Origin: Gemmatimonadetes bacterium T265 | Lineage (GTDB): Bacteria > Gemmatimonadota > Gemmatimonadetes > Gemmatimonadales > Gemmatimonadaceae | Assembly (NCBI GenBank): GCA_019973575.1 | Contig: BPUI01000001.1 | Location: forward strand, 1,220,342 to 1,252,341 | DNA length: 32,000 nt | Reading direction: 5' to 3' | Shown: positions 6,932-14,889 of the stretch, one piece after another | Layout: the number at the start of each line of letters is the position of its first letter | How positions within the stretch are numbered: the stretch's first letter is position 1 | Program-made: the position numbers and the translations under genes | Notes under the pieces: generated by a model | The model's database searches: none | The model's input: only the letters and a program-made list of their open reading frames with translations | What the model was told of the DNA's origin: nothing

Positions 6932-7654
6932 CTCAAAACGTGTCTCAGACCGATCTGGTCCTGACCGGCGAGCGGCGCTCCATAGAATAGCCGGCCCGGC
7001 GCGAGACCGGCAAGCGGCCGCCTCGCGGGGTGCGACCCCGGAACGTCAGTCTGACCGCCCGCCATCACGGCCGGCGTGTCGCCTCTCCGATGTCACTGCC
7101 GTGATTGCCGGGTTGCATGCTGTGATACGCCACCCGCCGGCAGGCCGGGGGCGCGCAGCATTGTCAAGTTCACACCGGATCCTCGATGTCCGTGTGCTCG
7201 GCGGCTGGGACTCCGCGCCCGTGCTCCTCCAGGGAACGAGCACGGCAGGTTCCCGCGATCCATCGCCAGCGGGTACGCCCGCCGTCACTTGACAACGCCG
7301 TCCCACGCCGCCGGATCGTGATGCGCTCCTCCGGCCGGGCGTCGGCGTGGTGTTCGACGTGTTCGCGGTATTCGGAACCGCGATCAGCCAGGCGGACGAG
7401 CCCATGGCCGGCTTCCCCCGCCCCGGGCCGGTGATCCGGGCGACGGGCAGCGCCGTCGCGGGTGAGGTGCGCGTCCTCGTCCGCGCGCCCGCCGACGCGC
7501 GCGCCGACACACGCTAACGGGACTGCCCGCGCATCGGACGCGGCACCAACGCCGGCCACTCCCCCGGCGGACGGCTTGCGCGTACGTGCTCTCCACGCCG
7601 GCGCGCCCGCGTACCTCGCTGCCGCTCCCGGGAGCGCGCCCGAGCCCCCGCGGA

Positions 7655-10039
7655 CTACCGCGACCCCGCGGCGGGCCGGGCGCCCTCGGCGGCGGGCACG
7701 CCGGCGGGCAGGTGCTCGTGCAGGTAGCGCGTCAGCAGCTCGAACAGGTGCCGCGAGGTGTTGTCGCCCTCGCAGATGCAGTGCGACCGGTTCGGGTAGG
7801 CCATCATCGTGAACGGCTTGTTGGCGGCCACGAGGGCGTTGATCACCGCCTCGCTGTTCTGGTAGTGCACGTTGTCGTCGCCCGTGCCGTGCACGAGCAG
7901 CAGGTCGCCGCGGAGGCCGGCCGCGACCGACACGGCGGCGGCCTGGCGGTACCGCGCCGAGTCCTCTTGGGGGAGCCCCATGTAGCGCTCCTCGTAGATC
8001 GTGTCGTAGTACCGCGGGTCGCTCACCGGGGCCACCGCCATCCCCATGCGGTACAGGGCGGGGTAGCGGAACAGCAGGTTGAGCGTCGTCGCCCCGCCGC
8101 CGCTCCACCCCCATACGCCGACGCGCGCGGGATCGAGGTACGGGCGCTGTCGCAGGAGCGCCTCGACGGCGCCGGCCTGGTCGCGCGCGTTCAGCACGCC
8201 GATCTGTCCGTAGATCACCTTGCGGAACGCGCGGCCGCGCGGCGCCGGCGTCCCGCGGTTATCGACGCTCGCGACGACGTAGCCCTGCTGCGTGAGCATG
8301 AGATGCCAGAGGTACTCCGCCCCGCCCCACGCGTCGAGCACGGTCTGCGCGGCGGGTTCGCCGTAGACGGTGAAGAGCACCGGGTAGTGCTTCGTCGGGT
8401 CGAAGTCCGGCGGCGTCATCATCCAGCCGTCGAGCGTGACGCCCGCCGCGGTGGTCACGCGGAAGAATTCGGCCGGCCGGCGCTGGAGCGTCGTCACCGC
8501 GGCGCGGAGCGCGGCGTTGTCCGTGAGCGTGCGCACGACCTCGTGGCTCGGGAGCCGCACGAGTTGCGTCACCGGCGGCGCGCCGAACGCCGAGGTGGTG
8601 TGGAACGCCCAGCGTCCGTTCGGCGCGACGACGTACGTGTGCGTGCCCGGCTGGTCGGCGGGCGTCACGCGCCGGGGGGCGCCGCGCCCGTCGAGGCGCG
8701 CCGTGTAGAGGTACAACTGCGTCGCATTCTCCGGCGACGCCGTGAAGTAGAACACGCCGGCCGCGCTGTCCGTCCCGACGACGAGCGGCGCCCCGAACGC
8801 GCTGCCGGGGTTGTCCAGATCGAACGCGCCGGGCGTGAGGAGCCGCGTCGTCGCGCCGTCGCGCGACACCGTGTAGAGGTGGCGCCAGCCATCGCGCTCG
8901 CTCACCCACGTGAAGCGCCGGCCGCCGGCCGCCCAGCGCAGGTCGTCGACGACGTCGAGCCACGCGCTGTCGCGCTCGGTCAGCACGGTGCGCACCCGTC
9001 CCGTGCGCGCGTCGCCGAGCATCACCTCGTTCGTATTCTGCCGGCGGTTGAGGTGCTGCAATACCACCTCGTCGGAGTTCGCGGCCCACTCGAGCCGCGC
9101 GATGTAGTGGTCGCGCGGGTCGCCCGGCACCGCCAGCCAGCGGGTGGGGCCGCCCGCCGCGTCGACCACGCCGACGCGCGCGGCCGAGTTGGTGGTCCCT
9201 GCCTTGGGGTACTGCACGGGCGTGGCGACCGCGTAGAGCGAGTCGGTGTCGTCGACCAGCAGGTAGTCGCGCACCCCGCTCGCGTCGAGTTGCCAGTACG
9301 CGAGGCGCGTCCCGTCGGGGCTCCAGCGGAAGCCGTCGCGGAGGTTGAACTCTTCCTCGTACACCCAGTCGAAGGTGCCGTTGATGACCGTGCGCGACCC
9401 GTCGCGCGTGAGGCGCGTGATCGCGCCGTCGGCCACCCCTTCGACGTACAGGTCGTGGTCGCGCACGTACGCGACGCGCCGCCCGTCGGGCGAGAATTTG
9501 GCGAACATGAGCGTCGACGGCGCCGCGTCCCCGCCGAGCTTCCGCATCGGCCCGCCCGCGGGGTCGACGACCCAGTAGTCCCCGCGCGTGTTCTGCCGCC
9601 ACACCCGCTGCGAGTTGGTGAACACGAGGAGCCGCGCGCCCTCGGGCGACCACGCGTAGTCTTCCACCGCGACCGGGGTCGCCGCGCCGGGGGGCACGAG
9701 CCGCGTCGCCGGCACGAGTACCGTCCGCTGGCCCGTCGCGGCGTCGTAGCGCACGAGGTCGCGGCCCCCGGCGCCGTTCGCCGCCGGCTCCAGACTCGTG
9801 TACCCGGCGCCGTCGGCGAGCCACCGCCGCCCGCGCGCCGGCTGCGGCGCGAAGTCGCGCGAGGCGAACACCCGCTCGAGCGTGACGCGCGTGGGATCAC
9901 CCGGCAGCGCGGCAGTGCCCGGTTGCGCGCGGACCACCCGTCCCGACGCGAGGAGGCCCGCCGGTGCGACGGCAACGAGGGCCGCGCGGCGCACCGGCGC
10001 CCAGCGGGAACGGTCGGGGGAGTACACGGCAGTCTCCAC
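7655..10039 (-). CDS. Dipeptidyl-peptidase IV-type prolyl oligopeptidase (peptidase S9B), secreted
   Basis: 794 aa with a GTG start. N-terminal signal-like RRAALVAVAPAGLLASG. DPPIV beta-propeller signatures: FAKFSPDGRRVAYVRDHDLYV, INGTFDWVYEEEF, FRWSPDGTRLAYWQLD. Catalytic triad context: GVWGWSGGG (Ser), VHGTGDDNVH (Asp), YPNRSH (His). Confidence 0.92.
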   Translation of the reverse strand: METAVYSPDRSRWAPVRRAALVAVAPAGLLASGRVVRAQPGTAALPGDPTRVTLERVFASRDFAPQPARGRRWLADGAGYTSLEPAANGAGGRDLVRYDAATGQRTVLVPATRLVPPGAATPVAVEDYAWSPEGARLLVFTNSQRVWRQNTRGDYWVVDPAGGPMRKLGGDAAPSTLMFAKFSPDGRRVAYVRDHDLYVEGVADGAITRLTRDGSRTVINGTFDWVYEEEFNLRDGFRWSPDGTRLAYWQLDASGVRDYLLVDDTDSLYAVATPVQYPKAGTTNSAARVGVVDAAGGPTRWLAVPGDPRDHYIARLEWAANSDEVVLQHLNRRQNTNEVMLGDARTGRVRTVLTERDSAWLDVVDDLRWAAGGRRFTWVSERDGWRHLYTVSRDGATTRLLTPGAFDLDNPGSAFGAPLVVGTDSAAGVFYFTASPENATQLYLYTARLDGRGAPRRVTPADQPGTHTYVVAPNGRWAFHTTSAFGAPPVTQLVRLPSHEVVRTLTDNAALRAAVTTLQRRPAEFFRVTTAAGVTLDGWMMTPPDFDPTKHYPVLFTVYGEPAAQTVLDAWGGAEYLWHLMLTQQGYVVASVDNRGTPAPRGRAFRKVIYGQIGVLNARDQAGAVEALLRQRPYLDPARVGVWGWSGGGATTLNLLFRYPALYRMGMAVAPVSDPRYYDTIYEERYMGLPQEDSARYRQAAAVSVAAGLRGDLLLVHGTGDDNVHYQNSEAVINALVAANKPFTMMAYPNRSHCICEGDNTSRHLFELLTRYLHEHLPAGVPAAEGARPAAGSR

Positions 10040-10740
10040 GCGGGTGAGTCCTCGGTCGGCCGTACGCGGCCGACGGCGTCACGATACCGACGGCGTCGCC
10101 GTTCGCAAGCGCGGGCGGGCGCGTGCCCATCACGGCCGCGGGCGCGACCTCGCCGGTGCGCGGGGACGAACGGGCGCCGACGTGGCGTCGCGAGCGGACG
10201 CGTCGGCGCCCGTGCGGCCGCTGACGAGGTCGTGGTGGGGTGCTCGCAACCCGGACGGGACCGGAGTCCGGCTCGGGTCGGAGCGCGAGGCACACGTCAC
10301 CGACGCTGTTGGGCAACTCCGCCGGCGCGCACGGCGCACGGGTGAGCAGCCCCGGTTTCTCCCACGCTCGGTCCCGCCGCACACCTCGCGGCGAGCGACG
10401 TTGCCAACAACGTCCGGCGACGTTCTGTGAAGCCGGTGACAGGTTCAGTTCACGCCCCTGCCGATTCGCGGGCCGCGTTGTGCTCGCCGACCACGCGTCG
10501 GCCCGTTGCGGGCCGACCGCTGGTGCGCCGCGTGCCGTGCCGGTACGGTGGACCATGCGCCGCGTCCTGATCCGCGCGCCGTGCAAAGACGAACGTCCCA
10601 GGTGCGCACAGCCCTGCCGATCCACACGCACAGCGTCTTTGCGGTCACCGCAGGAGCCGCGACTTGCCGCGCTCGCGCGAAGGGCCGGTGTCGACCGGCC
10701 GCCATCCGCGCGCGGGAGGCGGCTGGGCCGGACGGGGCCG

Positions 10741-11040
10741 TTACGGGCCGCACTTCGGGCAGCGGGCGAGCACGGGGCCGGTCCCCGGGCGCTCGCGCGC
10801 CACCCACGCCCGGAGCGCCCCGGGCGCCTCCGCACAGATCTGTCGCCGCCCCGCCGCCCGCAGTCGCTTGGGGTGGCGGTCCCGGTCGACCTCCGGGCAG
10901 CGCGCCCGGTGGAGCAGTGGCGCGTCCTTGGGGCTGACGGCCAGCACGTAGCCGCCCGGATGTGTGCTCAGCCACCACGCGTACGCCGCGTCATCGGGCC
11001 ACTCGGCCGTGGCAGTCAGGAGGTCGGGCACGTCAGTCAT
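10741..11040 (-). CDS. Hypothetical small protein (99 aa) with four Cys (C-x..-C-x..-CPKC)
   Basis: ATG at 11040 (MTDVPDLLTATAEWPDDAAYAWWLSTHPGGYVLAV...LHRARCPEV...RQICAE...ARCPKCGP). The upstream part of the 154-aa ORF is Arg/Pro junk. Third-position GC is very high throughout and the residue composition is balanced. Confidence 0.65.
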   Translation of the reverse strand: MTDVPDLLTATAEWPDDAAYAWWLSTHPGGYVLAVSPKDAPLLHRARCPEVDRDRHPKRLRAAGRRQICAEAPGALRAWVARERPGTGPVLARCPKCGP

Positions 11041-11318
11041 CGGTCGGGGACGGGGGTGGGGCGGGCGACCGCCCGCAGTCAGGCGCGGCGCCGGGCCCGC
11101 GCGGGGGCGCCGGGGTAGGATAGCGCCGGTCGCCGCGCGTACCGCGCCGGGCCGCAGCGTCGACCGGACGACCGTCGGCGTGCGACGGCGTGCGACGGCG
11201 TGCATCTCGTCGGCGTGTCCCTCGGCGCCGGGCGCGTAGTACCGTGTCGTACCTTCCGCCGGGCCGACTCGCCCGGAGCGCCTTCTCTGGGGCGTCCCCC
11301 AACCACCGCCCCAGGGCG

Positions 11319-11777
11319 ATGAAGCTCTGGCTCGATGCCGACGCCGCGCCCCGCGACGTGAAGGACATTTGCCTGCGCGCCTCCGAGCGGCTGCGGATCG
11401 ACGCCGTCCTCGTGGCGAACCAGCGGCTGCTCTTGCCGCCGGGCTACGCGTACGCGACGTCCGTCCGGGTCGAGGGCGGCCCTGACACGGCGGACCGCCA
11501 CATCGCGGAGCACGCGGCGGCCGGCGACGTGGCGGTCACGGCGGACATCCCGCTCGCGGCGCTCCTCGTGCCCCGCGGCGTGACCGTCATCGACCCGCGG
11601 GGCGAGGAGTACACCGCCGAGCGCGTCGGGGAGCGCCTGTCCGTGCGCAACTTCATGGACGGGCTCCGCGGGGCCGGCGTCGAGACCGGCGGGCACGGCA
11701 CGTACGGCCCGCGCGAGAAGCAGGCGTTCGCCAACGCGCTCGACCGGGCGCTCACGCGCGCCCTCCGGCGCCGCTGA
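11319..11777 (+). CDS. YaiI/YqxD family protein (UPF0178 / DUF188)
   Basis: Start at ATG 11319: MKLWLDADAAPRDVKDICLRASERLRIDAVLVAN...DRHIAEHAAAGDVAVTADIPLAALLV..GVTVIDPRGEEYT...VGERLSVRNFMDGLRGAG. This is the family signature as I know it (I.VDADACP.., D..I......GDiVvTqDi.LA..ll..Ga..l.prG). The first 43 codons of the 195-aa ORF are Arg-rich junk. Confidence 0.85.
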   Translation: MKLWLDADAAPRDVKDICLRASERLRIDAVLVANQRLLLPPGYAYATSVRVEGGPDTADRHIAEHAAAGDVAVTADIPLAALLVPRGVTVIDPRGEEYTAERVGERLSVRNFMDGLRGAGVETGGHGTYGPREKQAFANALDRALTRALRRR

Positions 11778-11921
11778 CGCGCGCGATCCGACGCCCGCGC
11801 CGCGAGCGCGACGTCGGTGCCCCAGACCTCCGCCGTGCGGCATGCCGTGCGCTCCAGCGTCTGCGTGCCGCCCGCGTGCATCCGGCCAGCACGCTGCACG
11901 CTGACAACCTTCAGTGCCGTC

Positions 11922-11945
11922 TCCCCGTGAGACGTCTCACGGGGA
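11922..11945. repeat. 24-nt perfect palindrome overlapping the stop of the transposase remnant
   Basis: tccccgtgagac|gtctcacgggga is exactly self-complementary. It spans the remnant's TGA (11937-11939). It may be a terminator or the relic of an IS end. Confidence 0.5.
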
Positions 11946-12122
11946 ACGTGACGGTTGAAGAACGCGCCAACGCGGCCGAACGGCGGCTAGTCGATTCAGG
12001 TTCTGTCCGTAAGTGACGGCGAGCAGGAACTGCTCGGCGGCCTGCGGCAGCCGGTGTAGCTGCAGCCGGCGCAGCCCGACGACGCGCTGAAGCTCCGCGA
12101 AGCGGGCCTCAACCTTCTTGGA
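11940..12122 (-). pseudogene. C-terminal remnant of a DDE transposase (IS5/IS1182-like), 5'-truncated
   Basis: The tail of ORF 11937..12740 reads SKKVEARFAELQRVVGLRRLQLHRLPQAAEQFLLAVTYGQNLNRLA. This matches the conserved C-terminus of IS5/IS1182-type transposases (..vE..F..lK...GLRR...RGL.kv....ll.a.a.NL.RL). Everything upstream in that frame is Arg/Pro/Ser junk antisense to the polymerase gene, so only about 45-60 codons survive. No terminal inverted repeats or DDE core are visible. Confidence 0.6.
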
Positions 12123-12300
12123 CCGTCTTGCGCGCCGGCGCCGCCCGGGTGAACTCGGGCGTGCCAACGCGCGCCCCGACCGCCCGGCGCGCGACGTCGT
12201 GCCAGTCGACGCGATTCGTGCACGCGCCGGGACGTGGGCGCCCACCCCGTCGGGGCGCGGGCCGGCGGTAGATTGGCCGCATGGCGCGCCCTGCGATCCG

Positions 12301-14715
12301 GTGACTGCCGCCGCGCCCGCCGCCGCGGCGGAGTGGCTCTGGGGCTGGGACCCGACCCCCGGCATCGTCTCCGTCCACGCGGAGCCCGACGGCCGGGCGG
12401 CGGTGTGGCGCCGCCTCCCCGAGACGGGGGCGCTCGTCCGCGAGGACGCGCGCTTCCGCCCTTGGCTGCTCCTCGACGCCCTCGACGACCTCCGCCACCT
12501 CGGCCCCGCCCTCGGCCCCGAGGGCGACGCGCGCGCGGCCGTGTGGTACCGCGAGCTCGCCGGGCCCGGCGCCCTGCGCTGGCTCGTCAGCGCCGGGGAC
12601 GGCCGGGCCCTCGGCGCGGCGCTGCTGCGCGGCGCGGCGCGGCGGCTCGGCCGGCCCGTCGGCCACTTCGGCGACCTGCCCCGCGACGCGGTGCTCCGCT
12701 TGCCGCCGGAGGAGCAGTACCTCGTCGCGACGGGGCGCACCTACTTCCGCGACCTCCCCTTCGACGCGCTGCACCGCCTGCAGTTCGACCTCGAGACGAC
12801 CGGCCTGGACGCCCGCTGCGACCGCATCTTTATGGTCGCGGTGCGCTACCCCGGCGGCGACACCGAGGTGCTCGAGGCCGCGGGCGACGACGCGGCCGCC
12901 GAGGCGGACCTCATCCGGCGCCTGGTGGCGCGGGTGCGCGAGGCTGACCCCGACGTCCTCGAGAACCACAACCTACACGGCTTCGACCTGCCCTTCCTCG
13001 ACCGGCGCGCCCGGACGCTCGGCGTCCCGCTCGCCCTCGGCCGGATCGGCGGGCCGGGGCTGCGGACGCGGGCCGCCCAGCGGGGCGTCGATCTCGGCGC
13101 CCAACGGGGTGCGCAGCGCGGCGCCCCCGGCCCGGCCGACCGCCGGCGCGTGCGCTTCGTCGCGCCGGGCCGCGAGCTGATCGACACGCTCGACGCCGTG
13201 CGGCGCCACGACTTCGTCCGGCGGGACCTCCCCGGCCACGGGCTCAAGGCGGTCGCGCGCCACCTCGGGATCGCCGCCCCCGACCGCGCGTACCTCCGCG
13301 GCGACCAGGTCTACGCGACGTACCGCACCGACCCGGCGCGCGTGCGGCGCTACGCGACGGACGACGTGCGCGAGGTGGCCGAGTTGTCGCGCCTGCTGGG
13401 CGGGCCGGCGTACGCGCTCGCGCAGCTCGTGCCGCGCCGCTACGAGCGCCTCGCCGACGCGGGCCCTGCCACCGGCATGATCGACCCCACGCTCGTGCGC
13501 GCGTACCTCCGCGCCGGGGAGGCGCTCCCGGCGCACGCGGTCGACGACGGCACGCCGCACAGCGGCGCGGCGCTGCACCTCTTCGCGACGGGCGTTGCCC
13601 GCCGCGTGGTGAAGGCCGACGTGGCGAGCCTGTACCCCTCGCTCATGCGCGCCGAGCGCATCGGGCCGGCGCGCGACCGCCTCGGCGCGCTGCTCGCACT
13701 CGTCGACGACCTGGTCGAGCGGCGGCTCGACGCGAAGGCGCGCGCGGGGGCGGCCGTGCCGGGCTCGGCGGCGCGCCACGCGCACGACGCGATGGCGGCG
13801 GCGCTCAAGCTCGTGGTGAACTCGGCCTACGGGTACCTCGCGGCCGGCGGCACCCTCGCGCGCTTCGCCGACGTACACGCCGCGAACGCGGTCACCCGCC
13901 GGGGCCGGGACGTGCTCGCCCTGCTGTGCCGGGAGCTCGCGGCGCGCGGCGTGACCCTCGTCGAGGCCGACACCGACGGGGTCTACTTCGCCGTGCCCGC
14001 GGCGTGGACCGCGGCGGACGAGCGCCGCGTCGTGGCGGAGGTCGCCGCGCTGCTGCCGCCGCTCGTCCGACTCGAGCTCGAGGGGCGCTACGCGGCGATG
14101 CTGTCGCACGAGCCCAAGAACTACGCGCTGCTCGACTACGAGGGGGGCCTCACGCTGCGCGGCGTCGCCTTCCGGTCCAGCCGCGCGGCGCCGTTCGGCG
14201 AGCGCTTCCTGCGCGCGGCAGTCACGCGGCTGCTCGCCGGCGACGTGGCGGGCGTGCGCGCGGCCTACCTCGCGACCGTCGCCGCGCTGCGCGGCCGCGC
14301 GCTCCCCACGGCCGACGTCGCGTCGCGGGTGCGGCTCACGAAGTCGCCGGCGCAGTACGGCGCGACGCGCGCGGCGCGCCGCGAGCTGCCCTACGAGGTG
14401 CTGCTCGCCGCGGGACGGACGACCTGGCGCGCCGGCGACCGCGTGCGCGTCTACCGCCAGCAGAACGGCGCGGGCGGGCTGGTCGCGTCGGACGACGACG
14501 CGGCGGCGGGGGCTCCGGCCACAGACCTGCGCGCGTACGACGCCGAGCACTATGTGCGCCTGCTGCGGGCGACCTACGCGGCGCGCCTCGCGCGCGCGTT
14601 CAGCGCGGCGGACTTCGGCGTCGTCTTCGCCGACGCGGAGCAGCTGCCGCTGTTCGCGCCGTCCGTCGACACGATCCGCCCGATCCTGCGGCGGCATGCG
14701 CCGGCAACCAGCTGA
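12301..14715 (+). CDS. Family B DNA polymerase with 3'-5' exonuclease domain (Pol II-like)
   Basis: ExoI FDLETTG (12784), ExoII NHNLHGFDLPFL, ExoIII YATDDV, motif A DVASLYPS (13618), motif B KLVVNSAYGY (13807), motif C VEADTDGV (DTDG at 13969-13980). The start is uncertain. GTG 12301 (VTAAAPAAAAEWLWGWDPTPGIVSVHAEPDG...) sits just before the conserved N-terminal domain. ATG 12118 and GTG 12199 would add Arg-rich sequence overlapping the transposase scar. Confidence 0.88.
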   Translation: MTAAAPAAAAEWLWGWDPTPGIVSVHAEPDGRAAVWRRLPETGALVREDARFRPWLLLDALDDLRHLGPALGPEGDARAAVWYRELAGPGALRWLVSAGDGRALGAALLRGAARRLGRPVGHFGDLPRDAVLRLPPEEQYLVATGRTYFRDLPFDALHRLQFDLETTGLDARCDRIFMVAVRYPGGDTEVLEAAGDDAAAEADLIRRLVARVREADPDVLENHNLHGFDLPFLDRRARTLGVPLALGRIGGPGLRTRAAQRGVDLGAQRGAQRGAPGPADRRRVRFVAPGRELIDTLDAVRRHDFVRRDLPGHGLKAVARHLGIAAPDRAYLRGDQVYATYRTDPARVRRYATDDVREVAELSRLLGGPAYALAQLVPRRYERLADAGPATGMIDPTLVRAYLRAGEALPAHAVDDGTPHSGAALHLFATGVARRVVKADVASLYPSLMRAERIGPARDRLGALLALVDDLVERRLDAKARAGAAVPGSAARHAHDAMAAALKLVVNSAYGYLAAGGTLARFADVHAANAVTRRGRDVLALLCRELAARGVTLVEADTDGVYFAVPAAWTAADERRVVAEVAALLPPLVRLELEGRYAAMLSHEPKNYALLDYEGGLTLRGVAFRSSRAAPFGERFLRAAVTRLLAGDVAGVRAAYLATVAALRGRALPTADVASRVRLTKSPAQYGATRAARRELPYEVLLAAGRTTWRAGDRVRVYRQQNGAGGLVASDDDAAAGAPATDLRAYDAEHYVRLLRATYAARLARAFSAADFGVVFADAEQLPLFAPSVDTIRPILRRHAPATS

Positions 14716-14716
14716 A

Positions 14717-14824
14717 AGCACCCGGGCCGCGTTCCCGCCGCGGCGTGCCGCTCAACGAGTGCCCGGCGCCCCGGTACGCGACAGCGTACCCGTCCCGGAG
14801 CCGCCGATCCGGACCCCGGGTGCT
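14717..14824. terminator. Nested inverted repeats between convergent polymerase and hydrolase genes (candidate bidirectional terminator or structured element)
   Basis: The outer 10-bp arms are agcacccggg (14717-14726) and cccgggtgct (14815-14824). The inner hairpin is ggtacgc-gaca-gcgtacc (14773-14790). The element starts 2 nt after the polymerase stop and ends 66 nt before the hydrolase stop. Confidence 0.3.
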
Positions 14825-14889
14825 GACACGTCCGCCCGCCCCGCAGGCAGGCGACGCGCCCGTGTCGCTACCCGTCGCGAGAACGACCG

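Noticed and set aside
7161-7295. 9-bp inverted repeat TTGTCAAGT / ACTTGACAA (7161-7169 and 7287-7295), both arms containing a TTGACA -35-like hexamer.
   Set aside because: It is short, does not extend, and has no matching -10 element at 16-18 bp on either strand. It is compatible with chance.
7170-7520. Possible small acidic/His-rich ORF on the minus strand (...LVRLADRGSEYREHVEHHADARPEERITIRRRG...EHTDIEDPV).
   Set aside because: Third-position GC is only about 76% by hand count (real genes here are about 90-95%). There is no ATG or obvious RBS, and I recognise no motif. It is left as unresolved non-coding sequence rather than called.
7586-10345. 919-aa plus-strand ORF and other long ORFs (8259..9824, 9022..10293) across the DPP-IV gene.
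   Set aside because: They are antisense or out-of-frame shadows of a gene with an unambiguous S9B catalytic triad and propeller motifs. Their composition is dominated by R, A, P and G.
12118-12300. ATG 12118 as the start of the family-B polymerase.
   Set aside because: The extra 61 codons are Arg/Pro-rich, overlap the transposase scar on the other strand, and precede the conserved N-terminal WGWDPTPGIVSV motif. GTG 12301 is more plausible, but the start remains unproven.
12973-14721. 582-aa minus-strand ORF opposite the polymerase gene. The same applies to 15061..16611 plus, 19460..20704 plus, 21379..22596 plus, 23842..25521 (upper part) and 24870..26639.
   Set aside because: For the same reason: these are shadow ORFs with no recognisable domains that overlap confidently called genes.
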